DNA of 64,000 nucleotides from Camelus dromedarius (lineage: Eukaryota): assembly GCF_036321535.1 (NCBI RefSeq), contig NC_087436.1, forward strand, positions 1,674,001-1,738,000, written 5' to 3'. The translations under genes and the position numbers were made by a program. Below are positions 26,206 to 39,400 of this stretch, piece after piece. The notes under the pieces are model-generated. The model was not told the origin of the DNA. It worked only from the letters and a program-made list of their open reading frames with translations, and made no database searches. The stretch's first letter is position 1. Each line of letters starts with the position of its first letter.

Positions 26206-26729
26206 TAACAAGCTAGGTGAAGGACGGCATTCATACACACTTATCTCTCAGAACTGAGCATGTGGAGTGACGTTCGTTCATCTAGCACAAATGGAACGGG
26301 TTGCAGGTGATACTTTTACTCTGGTTTCTCCGTCTGTTTCCTACTGCCGTTTTCAAGTTCCTGCAGTTTACACTGTAAAACTGAGTTGAAGCTAGTACCT
26401 ACCCATATATATGTATGGAGTGGAGTTTGCAACTGAAAAGAAACATTGTGTTCCCAACAAGCTAGGTGAAGGACGGCTTTCACACACACTTATCTCTCAG
26501 AACTGAGCATGTGGAGAGACGATCGTTCATCTAGCAAAATAGGAACGGGTTGCAGGAGAAACTTTTACTCTGGTTTCTCAGTCTGATTCCTAGTGCCGTT
26601 TTGAAGTTCCTGCAGTTTTCACTGTAAAAACGATTGGAGCTAGTACCTACCCATATATATGTATGGAGTGGAGTTTGCAACTGAAAAGAATCTTTGTGTT
26701 CCCAACAAGCTAGGTGAAGGAAGGATTTC

Positions 26730-29700
26730 ACACACACTTATCTCTCAGAACTGAGCATGTGGAGAGACGTTCGTTCATCTAGCACAAAGGGAACGGGTTG
26801 CAGCTGAAAATTTTACTCTGGTTTCTCAGACTGTTTCCTACTGCCGGTTTGAAGTTCCTGCAGTTTTCACTGTAAAATCGAGTTGGAGCTAGTACCTCCC
26901 TATATATATGTATGGAGTGGAGTTTGCAACTGAAAAGAAACTTTGTGTTCAGTACAAGCAAGGTGAAGGGCCGCTTTCATACACACTTATCTCTCAGAAC
27001 TGAGCATGTGGAAAGACGTTCGTTCATCTAGCACAAAGGGAACGGTTTGCAGGAGAAACTTTTACTCTGGTTTCTCAGTCTGTTTCCTAGTAACGGTTTG
27101 AATTTCCTGCATTTTCACTGTAAAACCGAGTTGGAGCTAGTACCTCCCCATATATATATATGGAGTGGAGTTTGAAACTTAAAAGAAACTTTGTGTTCCC
27201 AACAAGTTATGTGAAGGACGGCTTTCACACACACTTATCTCTCAGAACTGAGCATGTGGAGAGCCCTTCGTTTATCTCGCACAAAGGGTATGGGTTGCAG
27301 GAGAAACTATTACTCTGGTTTCTCAGTGTGTTTCCTAGTGCCAGTTTGAATTTCCTGCAGTTTTCACTGTAATACAGAGTTGGAGTTATTATCTCCCAAT
27401 ATATATGTATGGAGTGGAGTTTGCAACTGAAAAGATTCTTTGTGTTCCCAACAAGCTAGGTGAAGGACGGCTTTCACACAGAATTATCTCTCAGAACTGA
27501 GCATGTGGAGAGACGTTCGTTCATCTAGCACAAAGGGAACGGGTTGCAGGAGAAACTTTTTCTCTGGTTTCTCAGTCTGTTTCCTAGTGCCGATTTGAAG
27601 TTCCAGCAGTTTTCACTGTAAAACCGAGATGGTGCTAGTACCTCCTCATATATATGTATGGAGTGGAGTTTGCAGCTGAAAAGAAACTTTGTGTTCCTAA
27701 CAAGCAAGGTGAAGGACGGCTTTCATACACACTAATCTCTCAGAACTAAGCATGTGGAATGACGTTCGTTCATGTAGCACAAATGGAACGGGTTGCAGGA
27801 GAAACTTTTACTCTGGTTTCTCAGTCTGTTTCCTACTGCCGGTTTGATGTTCCTGCAGTTTTCACTGTAAAACCGAGTTGGAGCTCGTACCTCCCCATAT
27901 ATATGTATGGATTGGAGTTTGCAACTGAAAAGTAACTTTGTGTTCCCAACAAGCTAGGAGAAGGACGGCTTTCACACACACTTATCTCTCAGAACTGAGC
28001 ATGTGGAGAGACGTTCGTTCATCTAGCACAAAGGGAATGGGTTGCAGGTGAAACTTTTACTCTGGTTTCTCAGTCTCTTTCCTAGTGCCGGGTTGAACGT
28101 CCTGCAGTTTTCACTGTAAAACAGATTTGGAGCTAGTACTTCCCCATATATATGTATTGATTGCAATTTGCAACTGAAAAGAATCTTTGAATTCAGTACA
28201 AGCTAGGTTAAGGACGGCTTTCACACACACTTATCTCTCAGAACTGAGCATGTGGAGAGACTTTCGTTCATCTAGCACAAAGGGAACGGGTTGCAGGAGA
28301 AACTTTTACTCTGGTTTCTCAGTCTGTTTCCTACTGCCGGTTTGAAGATCCTGCGGTTTTCACTGTAAAACGGTGTTGGAGCTCATACATCCCCATATAT
28401 ATGTATGGATGGAGTTTGAAAGTAAAAAGAAACTTTGTGTTCCCAACAAGCTAGGTGAAGGATGGCTTTCAAACACACTTATCTCTGAGAAATGAGCATG
28501 TGGAGAGACGTTCGTTCATTTAGCACAAAGGGAACTGGTTGAAGAAGAAACTTTTACTCTGGTTTCTCTGTCTCTTTCCTACTGCCGGTTTGAAGTTGCT
28601 GCAGTTTTCACTGTAAAACTGAGTTGGAGCTCGTACCTCCCCATATATATGTATGGTGTGTAGTTTGCAACTGAAAAGAAACTTTGTGTTCCCAACAAGC
28701 TAGGTGAAAGCGGCTTTCACACACACTTATCTCTCAGAGCTGAGCATGTGGAGAGACGTTCGTTCATCTAGCACAAAGGGAATGGGTTGCAGGAGAAACT
28801 TTTACTCTTGTTTCTCAGTCTGTATCCTAGTACCGGTTTGAAGTTCCTGCAGTTTTCACTGTAAACAGATTTGGAGCTACTACATCCCCATATATATGTA
28901 TGGAGTGGAATGAGCAACTGAAAAGTAACTTTGTGTTCAGTACAAACTAAGTGAAGGACGGCTTTCATACACACTTATCTCTCAGAACTGAGCATGTGGA
29001 TAGACGTTCGTTCATCTAGCACAAAGGGAACGGTTTGCAGGAAAACTTTTACTCTTGTTTCTCAGTCTGTTTCCTAGTAACGGTTTGAATTTCCTGCATT
29101 TTTCACTGTAAAACCGGGTTGGAGCTAGTACCTCCCCATATATATATATGGAGTGGAGTTTGCCACTTAAAAGAAACTTTGTGTTCCCAACAAGTTAGGT
29201 GAAGGACGGCTTTCACACACACTTATCTCTCAGAACTGAGCATGTGGAGAGACGTTCGTTCATCTAGCACAAAGGGAACGGGTTGCAGCTGAAAATTTTA
29301 CTCTGGTTTCTCAGACTGTTTCCTACTGCCGGTTTGAAGTTCCTGCAGTTTTCACTGTAAAATCGAGTTGGAGCTAGTACCTCCCTATATATATGTATGG
29401 AGTGGAGTTTGCAACTGAAAAGAAACTTTGTGTTCAGTACAAGCAAGGTGAAGGGCCGCTTTCATACACACTTATCTCTCAGAACTGAGCATGTGGAAAG
29501 ACGTTCGTTCATCTAGCACAAAGGGAACGGTTTGCAGGAGAAACTTTTACTCTGGTTTCTCAGTCTGTTTCCTAGTAACGGTTTGAATTTCCTGCATTTT
29601 CACTGTAAAACCGAGTTGGAGCTAGTACCTCCCCATATATATATATGGAGTGGAGTTTGAAACTTAAAAGAAACTTTGTGTTCCCAACAAGTTATGTGAA

Positions 29701-31715
29701 GGACGGCTTTCACACACACTTATCTCTCAGAACTGAGCATGTGGAGAGCCCTTCGTTTATCTCGCACAAAGGGTATGGGTTGCAGGAGAAACTATTACTC
29801 TGGTTTCTCAGTGTGTTTCCTAGTGCCAGTTTGAATTTCCTGCAGTTTTCACTGTAATACAGAGTTGGAGTTATTATCTCCCAATATATATGTATGGAGT
29901 GGAGTTTGCAACTGAAAAGATTCTTTGTGTTCCCAACAAGCTAGGTGAAGGACGGCTTTCACACAGAATTATCTCTCAGAACTGAGCATGTGGAGAGACG
30001 TTCGTTCATCTAGCACAAAGGGAACGGGTTGCAGGAGAAACTTTTTCTCTGGTTTCTCAGTCTGTTTCCTAGTGCCGATTTGAAGTTCCAGCAGTTTTCA
30101 CTGTAAAACCGAGATGGTGCTAGTACCTCCTCATATATATGTATGGAGTGGAGTTTGCAGCTGAAAAGGAACTTTGTGTTCCTAACAAGAAAGGTGAAGG
30201 ACGGCTTTCATACACACTAATCTCTCAGAACTAAGCATGTGGAATGACGTTCGTTCATGTAGCACAAATGGAACGGGTTGCAGGAGAAACTTTTACTCTG
30301 GTTTCTCAGTCTGTTTCCTACTGCCGGTTTGATGTTCCTGCAGTTTTCACTGTAAAACCGAGTTGGAGCTCGTACCTCCCCATATATATGTATGGAATGG
30401 AGTTTGCAACTGAAAAGTAACTTTGTGTTCCCAACAAGCTAGGAGAAGGACGGCTTTCACACACACTTATCTCTCAGAACTGAGCATGTGGAGAGACGTT
30501 CGTTCATCTAGCACAAAGGGAATGGGTTGCAGGTGAAACTTTTACTCTGGTTTCTCAGTCTCTTTCCTAGTGCCGGGTTGAACGTCCTGCAGTTTTCACT
30601 GTAAAACAGATTTGGAGCTAGTACTTCCTCATATATATGTATTGATTGCAATTTGCAACTGAAAAGAATCTTTGTGTTCAGTACAAGCTAGGTTAAGGAC
30701 GGCTTTCACACACACTTATCTCTCAGAACTGAGCATGTGGAGAGACTTTCGTTCATCTAGCACAAAGGGAACGGGTTGCAGGAGAAACTTTTACTCTGGT
30801 TTCTCAGTCTGTTTCCTACTGCCGGTTTGAAGATCCTGCGGTTTTCACTGTAAAACGGTGTTGGAGCTCATACATCCCCATATATATGTATGGATGGAGT
30901 TTGAAAGTAAAAAGAAACTTTGTGTTCCCAACAAGCTAGGTGAAGGATGGCTTTCAAACACACTTATCTCTGAGAAATGAGCATGTGGAGAGACGTTCGT
31001 TCATTTAGCACAAAGGGAACTGGTTGAAGGAGAAACTTTTACTCTGGTTTCTCTGTCTGTTTCCTACTGCCGGTTTGAAGTTGCTGCAGTTTTCACTGTA
31101 AAACTGAGTTGGAGCTCGTACATCCCCATATATATGTATGGTGTGTAGTTTGCAACTGAAAAGAAACTTTGTGTTCCCAACAAGCTAGGTGAAAGCGGCT
31201 TTCACACACACTTATCTCTCAGAGCTGAGCATGTGGAGAGACGTTCGTTCATCTAGCACAAAGGGAATGGGTTGCAGGAGAAACTTTTACTCTTGTTTCT
31301 CAGTCTGTATCCTAGTACCGGTTTGAAGTTCCTGCAGTTTTCACTGTAAACAGATTTGGAGCTACTACATCCCCATATATATGTATGGAGTGGAATGAGC
31401 AACTGAAAAGTAACTTTGTGTTCAGTACAAACTAAGTGAAGGACGGCTTTCATACACACTTATCTCTCAGAACTGAGCATGTGGATAGACGTTCGTTCAT
31501 CTAGCACAAAGGGAACGGTTTGCAGGAAAACTTTTACTCTTGTTTCTCAGTCTGTTTCCTAGTAACGGTTTGAATTTCCTGCATTTTTCACTGTAAAACC
31601 GAGTTGGAGCTAGTACCTCCCCATATATATATATGGAGTGGAGTTTGCCACTTAAAAGAAACTTTGTGTTCCCAACAAGTTAGGTGAAGGACGGCTTTCA
31701 CACACACTTATCTCT
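26730..31715. repeat. 10-monomer (2485-bp) tandem duplication
   Basis: ORF pairs 26779/29264, 27160/29645 and 28768/31253 are all +2485; private markers CAGCTGAAAA, GAAGGGCCGC, GAATGAGC and GCCACTT are repeated. Confidence 0.95.
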
Positions 31716-32387
31716 CAGAAATGAGCATGTGGAGAGCCCTTCGTTTATCTCGCACAAAGGGTATGGGTTGCAGGAGAAACTATTACTCTGGTTTCTCAGT
31801 GTTTTTCCTAGTGCCAGTTTGAATTTCCTGCAGTTTTCACTGTAATACAGAGTTAAAGTTATTACCTCCCCATATATATGTATGGAGTGGAGTTTGCAAC
31901 TGAAAAGAAACTTTTTGTTCCCAACAAGCTATGTGAAGTACGGCTTTCACACACAATTATCTCTCAGAACTGAGCATGTGGAGAGACGTTCGTTCATCTA
32001 GCACAAATGGAACGGTTTGCAGGTGATACTTTTTCTCTGGTTTCTCCGTCTGTTTCCTACTGCCGGTTTGAAGTTCCTGCAGTTTACACTGCAAAACTGA
32101 GTTGGAGCTAGTACCTACCCATATATATGTATGGATTGGAGTTTGCAAATGAAAAGAATCATTGTTTTCCCAACAAGCTTGGTGAAGGACGGCTTTCACA
32201 CACACTTATCTCTCAGAACTGAGCATGTGGAGAGACGTTCGTTCATCTAGCAAAATAGGAACGGGTTGCAGGAGAAAATTTTACTCTGGTTTCTCAGTCT
32301 GTTTCCTACTGCCGGTTTGAAGTTCCTGCAGTTTTCACTGTAAAACGAGTTGGAGTTTGTACCTCCCCATATTTATGTACTGATAGC

Positions 32388-35300
32388 AGTTTGCAACTTA
32401 AAAGAAACTTTGTGTTCCCAACAACCTAGGTGAAGGACGGCTTTCACACACACTTATCTCTCAGAACTGAGCATGTGGAGAGACTTTCGTTCATCTAGCA
32501 CAAAGGGAATGGGATGCAGGAGAAACTTTTACTCTGGTTTCTCAGTCGTTTTCTTAGTAACGGTTTGAATTTCCTGCATTTTTCACTGTAAAACCGAGTT
32601 GGAGCTAGTACCTCCCCTTATATATAAATGGAGTGGAGCTTGCAACTTAAAAGAAACTTTGTGTTCCCAACAAGTTAGGTGAAGGACGGCTTTCACACAC
32701 ACTTATCTCTCAGAACTGAGCATGTGGAGAGACGTTCGTTTATCTAGAACAAAGGATATGGGTTGCAGGAGAAACTATTACTCTGGTTTCTCAGTGTGTT
32801 TCCTAGTGCCAGTTTGAATTTCCTGCAGTTTTCACTGTAAAACAGAGTTGGAGTTATTACCTCCCCATATATATGTATGGAGTGGGGTTTGCAACTGAAA
32901 AGAATCTTTGTGTTCCCAACAAGCTAGGTGAAGGACGGCTTTCACACACAATTATCTCTCAGAACTGAGCATGTGGAGAGAAGTTCGTTCATCTAGCACA
33001 AAGGGAACGGGTTGCAGGAGAAACTTTTACTCTGGTTTCTCAGTCTGTTTCCTAGTGCCGATTTGAAGTTCCAGCATTTTTCACTGTAAAATAGAGATGG
33101 TGTTAGTACCTCCTCATATATATGTATGGAGTGGATTTTGCAACTGAAAAGAAACTTTGTGTTCCTAACAAGCTAGGTGAAGGTCGGCTTTCATACACAC
33201 TTATCTCTCAGAAATGAGCATGTGGAGTGACGTTCGTTCATCTAGCACAAATGGAACGGTTTGCGGGAGAAACTTTTACTCTGGTTTCTCAGTCTGTTTC
33301 CTACTGCCGGTTTGATGTTCCTGCAGTTTTCACTGTAAAACCGAGTTGGAGCTCGTACCTCCCCATATATATGTATGGAGTGGTGTTTGCAAGTGAAAAG
33401 AAACTTTGTGTTCCCAACAAGCTAGGTGAAGGATGGCTTTCAAACACACTTATCTCTGAGAAATGAGCATGTGGAAAGACGTTCGTTCATCTAGCAAAAA
33501 GGGAACTGTCTGAAGGAGAAACTTTTACTCTGGTTTCTCTGTATGTTTCCTACTGCCGGTTTGAAGTTCCTGCAGTTTTCACTGTAAAACCGAGTTGGAG
33601 CTTGTACCTCCCCATATATATGTATGGAGTGGAGTTTGCAACTGAAAAGCAACTTTGTGTTCCCAACAAGCTAGGTGAAGGACGGCTTTCACACACACTT
33701 ATCTCTCAGAACTGAGCATGTGGAGAGAAGTTCGTTCATCTAGCACAAAGGGAACGGGTTGCAGGTGAAAATTTTACTCTGGTTTCTCAGACTGTTTCCT
33801 ACTGCCGGTTTGAAGTTCCTGCAGTTTTCACTGTAAAACCGAGTTGGAGCTAGTACCTCCCCATATATATGTATGGAGTGGAGTTTGCAAGTGAAAAGAA
33901 ATATTGCGATCCCTACAAGCTAGGTGAAGTACGGCTTTCACACACACTTATCTCTCAGAACTGAGCATGTGGAGAGACGTTCGTTCATCTAGCACAAAGG
34001 AAAAAGTTTGCAGGAGAAACTTTTACTCAGGTTTCTCAGTCCTTTTCCTAGTGCCGGTTTGAAGTTCCTGCAGTTTTCACTGTAAAACCGAGATGGTGCT
34101 AGTACCTCCTCATATATATGTATGGAGTGGAGTTTGCAACTGAAAAGAAACTTTGTGTTCCCAACAAGCTAGGTGAAGGCGGCTTTCACACACACTTATT
34201 TCTCAGAACTGAGCATGTGGAGAGACGTTCGTTCATCTAGCACAAAGGGAACGGGTTGCAGGAGAAACTTTTATTCTTGTTTATCAGTCTGTATCCTAGT
34301 ACCGGTTTGAAGTTCCTGCAGTTTTCACTGTAAATAGATTTGGTGCTTGTACATCCCCATATATATATATGGAGTGGAGTTTGCAACTTAAAAGAAACTT
34401 TGTGTTCCCAACAACCTAGGTGAAGGACGGCTTTCACACACACTTATCTCTCAGAACTGAGCATGTGGAGAGACTTTCGTTCATCTAGCACAAAGGGAAT
34501 GGGATGCAGGAGAAACTTTTACTCTGGTTTCTCAGTCGTTTTCTTAGTAACGGTTTGAATTTCCTGCATTTTTCACTGTAAAACCGAGTTGGAGCTAGTA
34601 CCTCCCCTTATATATAAATGGAGTGGAGCTTGCAACTTAAAAGAAACTTTGTGTTCCCAACAAGTTAGGTGAAGGACGGCTTTCACACACACTTATCTCT
34701 CAGAACTGAGCATGTGGAGAGACGTTCGTTTATCTAGAACAAAGGATATGGGTTGCAGGAGAAACTATTACTCTGGTTTCTCAGTGTGTTTCCTAGTGCC
34801 AGTTTGAATTTCCTGCAGTTTTCACTGTAAAACAGAGTTGGAGTTATTACCTCCCCATATATATGTATGGAGTGGGGTTTGCAACTGAAAAGAATCTTTG
34901 TGTTCCCAACAAGCTAGGTGAAGGACGGCTTTCACACACAATTATCTCTCAGAACTGAGCATGTGGAGAGAAGTTCGTTCATCTAGCACAAAGGGAACGG
35001 GTTGCAGGAGAAACTTTTACTCTGGTTTCTCAGTCTGTTTCCTAGTGCCGATTTGAAGTTCCAGCATTTTTCACTGTAAAATAGAGATGGTGTTAGTACC
35101 TCCTCATATATATGTATGGAGTGGATTTTGCAACTGAAAAGAAACTTTGTGTTCCTAACAAGCTAGGTGAAGGTCGGCTTTCATACACACTTATCTCTCA
35201 GAAATGAGCATGTGGAGTGACGTTCGTTCATCTAGCACAAATGGAACGGTTTGCGGGAGAAACTTTTACTCTGGTTTCTCAGTCTGTTTCCTACTGCCGG

Positions 35301-36404
35301 TTTGATGTTCCTGCAGTTTTCACTGTAAAACCGAGTTGGAGCTCGTACCTCCCCATATATATGTATGGAGTGGTGTTTGCAAGTGAAAAGAAACTTTGTG
35401 TTCCCAACAAGCTAGGTGAAGGATGGCTTTCAAACACACTTATCTCTGAGAAATGAGCATGTGGAAAGACGTTCGTTCATCTAGCAAAAAGGGAACTGTC
35501 TGAAGGAGAAACTTTTACTCTGGTTTCTCTGTATGTTTCCTACTGCCGGTTTGAAGTTCCTGCAGTTTTCACTGTAAAACCGAGTTGGAGCTTGTACCTC
35601 CCCATATATATGTATGGAGTGGAGTTTGCAACTGAAAAGCAACTTTGTGTTCCCAACAAGCTAGGTGAAGGACGGCTTTCACACACACTTATCTCTCAGA
35701 ACTGAGCATGTGGAGAGAAGTTCGTTCATCTAGCACAAAGGGAACGGGTTGCAGGTGAAAATTTTACTCTGGTTTCTCAGACTGTTTCCTACTGCCGGTT
35801 TGAAGTTCCTGCAGTTTTCACTGTAAAACCGAGTTGGAGCTAGTACCTCCCCATATATATGTATGGAGTGGAGTTTGCAAGTGAAAAGAAATATTGCGAT
35901 CCCTACAAGCTAGGTGAAGTACGGCTTTCACACACACTTATCTCTCAGAACTGAGCATGTGGAGAGACGTTCGTTCATCTAGCACAAAGGAAAAAGTTTG
36001 CAGGAGAAACTTTTACTCAGGTTTCTCAGTCCTTTTCCTAGTGCCGGTTTGAAGTTCCTGCAGTTTTCACTGTAAAACCGAGATGGTGCTAGTACCTCCT
36101 CATATATATGTATGGAGTGGAGTTTGCAACTGAAAAGAAACTTTGTGTTCCCAACAAGCTAGGTGAAGGCGGCTTTCACACACACTTATTTCTCAGAACT
36201 GAGCATGTGGAGAGACGTTCGTTCATCTAGCACAAAGGGAACGGGTTGCAGGAGAAACTTTTATTCTTGTTTATCAGTCTGTATCCTAGTACCGGTTTGA
36301 AGTTCCTGCAGTTTTCACTGTAAATAGATTTGGTGCTTGTACATCCCCATATATATATATGGAGTGGAGTTTGCAACTTAAAAGAAACTTTGTGTTCCCA
36401 ACAA
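32388..36404. repeat. 8-monomer (1990-bp) tandem duplication, essentially identical copies
   Basis: ORF pairs 33227/35217 and 34237/36227 at +1990; markers GGGATGCAGG, TTGCGGGAG and ATATTGCGATCCCTAC are repeated. Confidence 0.95.
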
Positions 36405-39400
36405 GTTAGGCGAAGGACGGCTTTCACACACACTTATCTCTCAGAACTGAGCATGTGGAGAGACATTTGTTCATCTAGCACAAAGGGTATGGTTTGCAGG
36501 AGAAACTATTACTCTGTTTTCTCAGTGTGTTTCCTAGTGCCAGTTTGAATTTCCTGCAGTTTTCACTGTAAAACAGAGTTGGAGTTATTACCTCCCCATA
36601 TATAAGTATGGAGTGGAGTTTGCAACTGAAAAGAATCTTTGTGTTCCCAACAAGCTAGGTGAAGTACGGCTTTCACACACAAATATCTCTCAGAACTGCG
36701 CATGTGGAGAGACGTTCGTTCATCTAGCACAAAGGGAACGGTTTGCAGGAGAAACTTTTACTCTGGTTTCTCAGTCTGTTTCCTAGGGCCGATTTGAAGT
36801 TCCAGCAGTTTTCACTGTAAAACCGAGATGGTGCTAGTACCTCCTCATATATATGTATGGAGTGGAGTTTGCAACTGAAAAGAAACTTTGTGTTCCTAAC
36901 AAGCTAGGTGAAGGACGGCTTTCATACACACTTATCTCTCAGAACTGAGCATGTGGAGTGACGTTCGTTCATCTAGCACAAATGGAACGGGTTGCAGGTG
37001 ATACTTTTACTCTGGTTTCTCCGTCTGTTTCCTACTGCCGTTTTGAAGTTCCTGCAGTTTACACTGTAAAACTGAGTTGGAGCTAGTACCTACCCATATA
37101 TATGTATGGAGTGGAGTTGCAACTGAAAAGAAACATTGTGTTCCCAACAAGCTAGGTGAAGGACGGCTTTCACACACACTTATCTCTCAGAACTGAGCAT
37201 GTGGAGAGACGATCGTTCATCTAGCAAAATAGGAACGGGTTGCAGGAGAAACTTTTACTCTGGTTTCTCAGTCTGATTCCTAGTGCCGTTTTGAAGTTCC
37301 TGCAGTTTTCACTGTAAAAACGAATTGGAGCTAGTACCTACCCATATATATGTATGGAGTGGAGTTTGCAACTGAAAAGTATCTTTGTGTTCCCAACAAG
37401 CTAGGTGAAGGACGGCTTTCACACAGAATTATCTCTCAGAACTCAGCATGTGGAGAGACGTTCGTTCATCTAGCAGAAAGGGAACGGGTTGCAGGAGAAA
37501 CTTTTACTCTGGTTTCTCAGTCTGTTTCCTAGTGCCGATTTGAAGTTCCAGCAGTTTTCACTGTAAAACCGAGATGGTGCTAGTACCTCCTCATATATAT
37601 GTATGGAGTGGAGTTTGCAGCTGAAAAGAAACTTTGTGTTCCTAACAAGCAAGGGGAAGGACGGCTTTCATACACACTTATCTCTCAGAACTAAGCATGT
37701 GGAGTGACGTTCGTTCATGTAGCACAAATGGAACGGGTTGCAGGAGAAACTTTTACTCTGGTTTCTCAGTCTGTTTCCTACTGCCGGTTTGATGTTCCTG
37801 CAGTTTTCACTGTAAAACCGAGTTGGAGCTCGTACCTCCCCATACATATGTATGGATTGGAGTTTGCAACTGAAAAGAAACTTTGTGTTCCCAACAAGCT
37901 AGGAGAAGGACGGCTTTCACACACACTTATCTCTCAGAACTGAGCATGTGGAGAGACGTTCGTTCATCTAGCAGAAAGGGAATGGGTTGCAGGTGAAACT
38001 TTTACTCTGGTTTCTCAGTCTCTTTCCTAGTGCCGGGTTGAACTTCCTGCAGTTTTCACTGTAGAACAGATTTGGAGCTAGTACTTCCTCATATATATGT
38101 ATTGATTGCAATTTGCAACTGAAAAGATTCTTTGTGTTCAGTACAGGCTAGGTTAAGGACGGCTTTCACACACACTTATCTCTCAGAACTGAGCATGTGG
38201 AGAGACTTTCGTTCATCTAGCACAAAGGGAACGGGTTGCAGGAGAAACTTTTACTCTGGTTTCTCAGTCTGTTTCCTACTGCCGGTTTGAAGATCCTGCG
38301 GTTTTCACTGTAAAACGGTGTTGGAGCTCATACCTCCCCATATATATGTATGGATGGAGTTTGAAAGTAAAAAGAAACTTTGTGTTCCCAACAAGCTCTG
38401 TGAAGGATGGCTTTCAAACACACTTATCTCTGAGAAATGAGCATGTGGAGAGACGTTCGTTCATTTAGCACAAAGGGAACTGGTTGAAGGAGAAACTTTT
38501 ACTCTGGTTTATCTGTCTGTTTCCTACTGCCGGTTTGAAGTTGCTGCAGTTTTCACTGTAAAACTGAGTTGGAGCTCGTACCTCCCCATATATATGTTTG
38601 GTGTGTAGTTTGCAACTGAAAAGAAACTTTGTGTTCCCAACAAGCTAGGTGAAGGCGGCTTTCACACACACTTATCTCTCAGAGCTGAGCATGTGGAGAG
38701 ACGTTCGTTCATCTAGCACAAAGGGAATGGGTTGCAGGAGAAACTTTTACTCTTGTTTCTCAGTCTGTATCCTAGTACCGGTTTGAAGTTCCTGCAGTTT
38801 TCACTGTAAACAGATTTGGAGCTAGTACATCCCCATATATATGTATGGAGTGGAATGAGCAACTGAAAAGTAACTTTGTGTTCAGTACAAGCTAAGTGAA
38901 GGACGGCTTTCATACACACTTATCTCTCAGAACTGAGCATGTGGAGAGACATTCGTTCAACTAGCACAAAGGGAACGGTTTGCAGGAAAACTTTTACTCT
39001 TGTTTCTCAGTCTGTTTCCTAGTAACGGTTTGAATTTCCTGCATTTTTCACTGTAAAACCGAGTTGGAGCTAGTACCTCCCCATATATATATATGGAGTG
39101 GGGTTTGCAACTTAAAAGAAACTTTGTGTTCCCAACAAGTTAGGTGGAGGACGGCTTTCACACACACTTATCTCTCAGAACTGAGCATATGGAGAGACGT
39201 TCGTTCATCTAGCACAAGTGTATGGGTTGCAGGAGAAACTATTACTCTGGTTTCTCAGTGTATTTCCTAGTGCCAGTTTGAATTTCCTGCAGTTTTCACT
39301 GTAAAACAGAGTTGGAGTTATTACCTCCATATATATATGTATGGAGTGGAGTTTGCAACTGAAAAGAGACTTTTTGTTCCCAACAAGCTATGTGAAGTAC

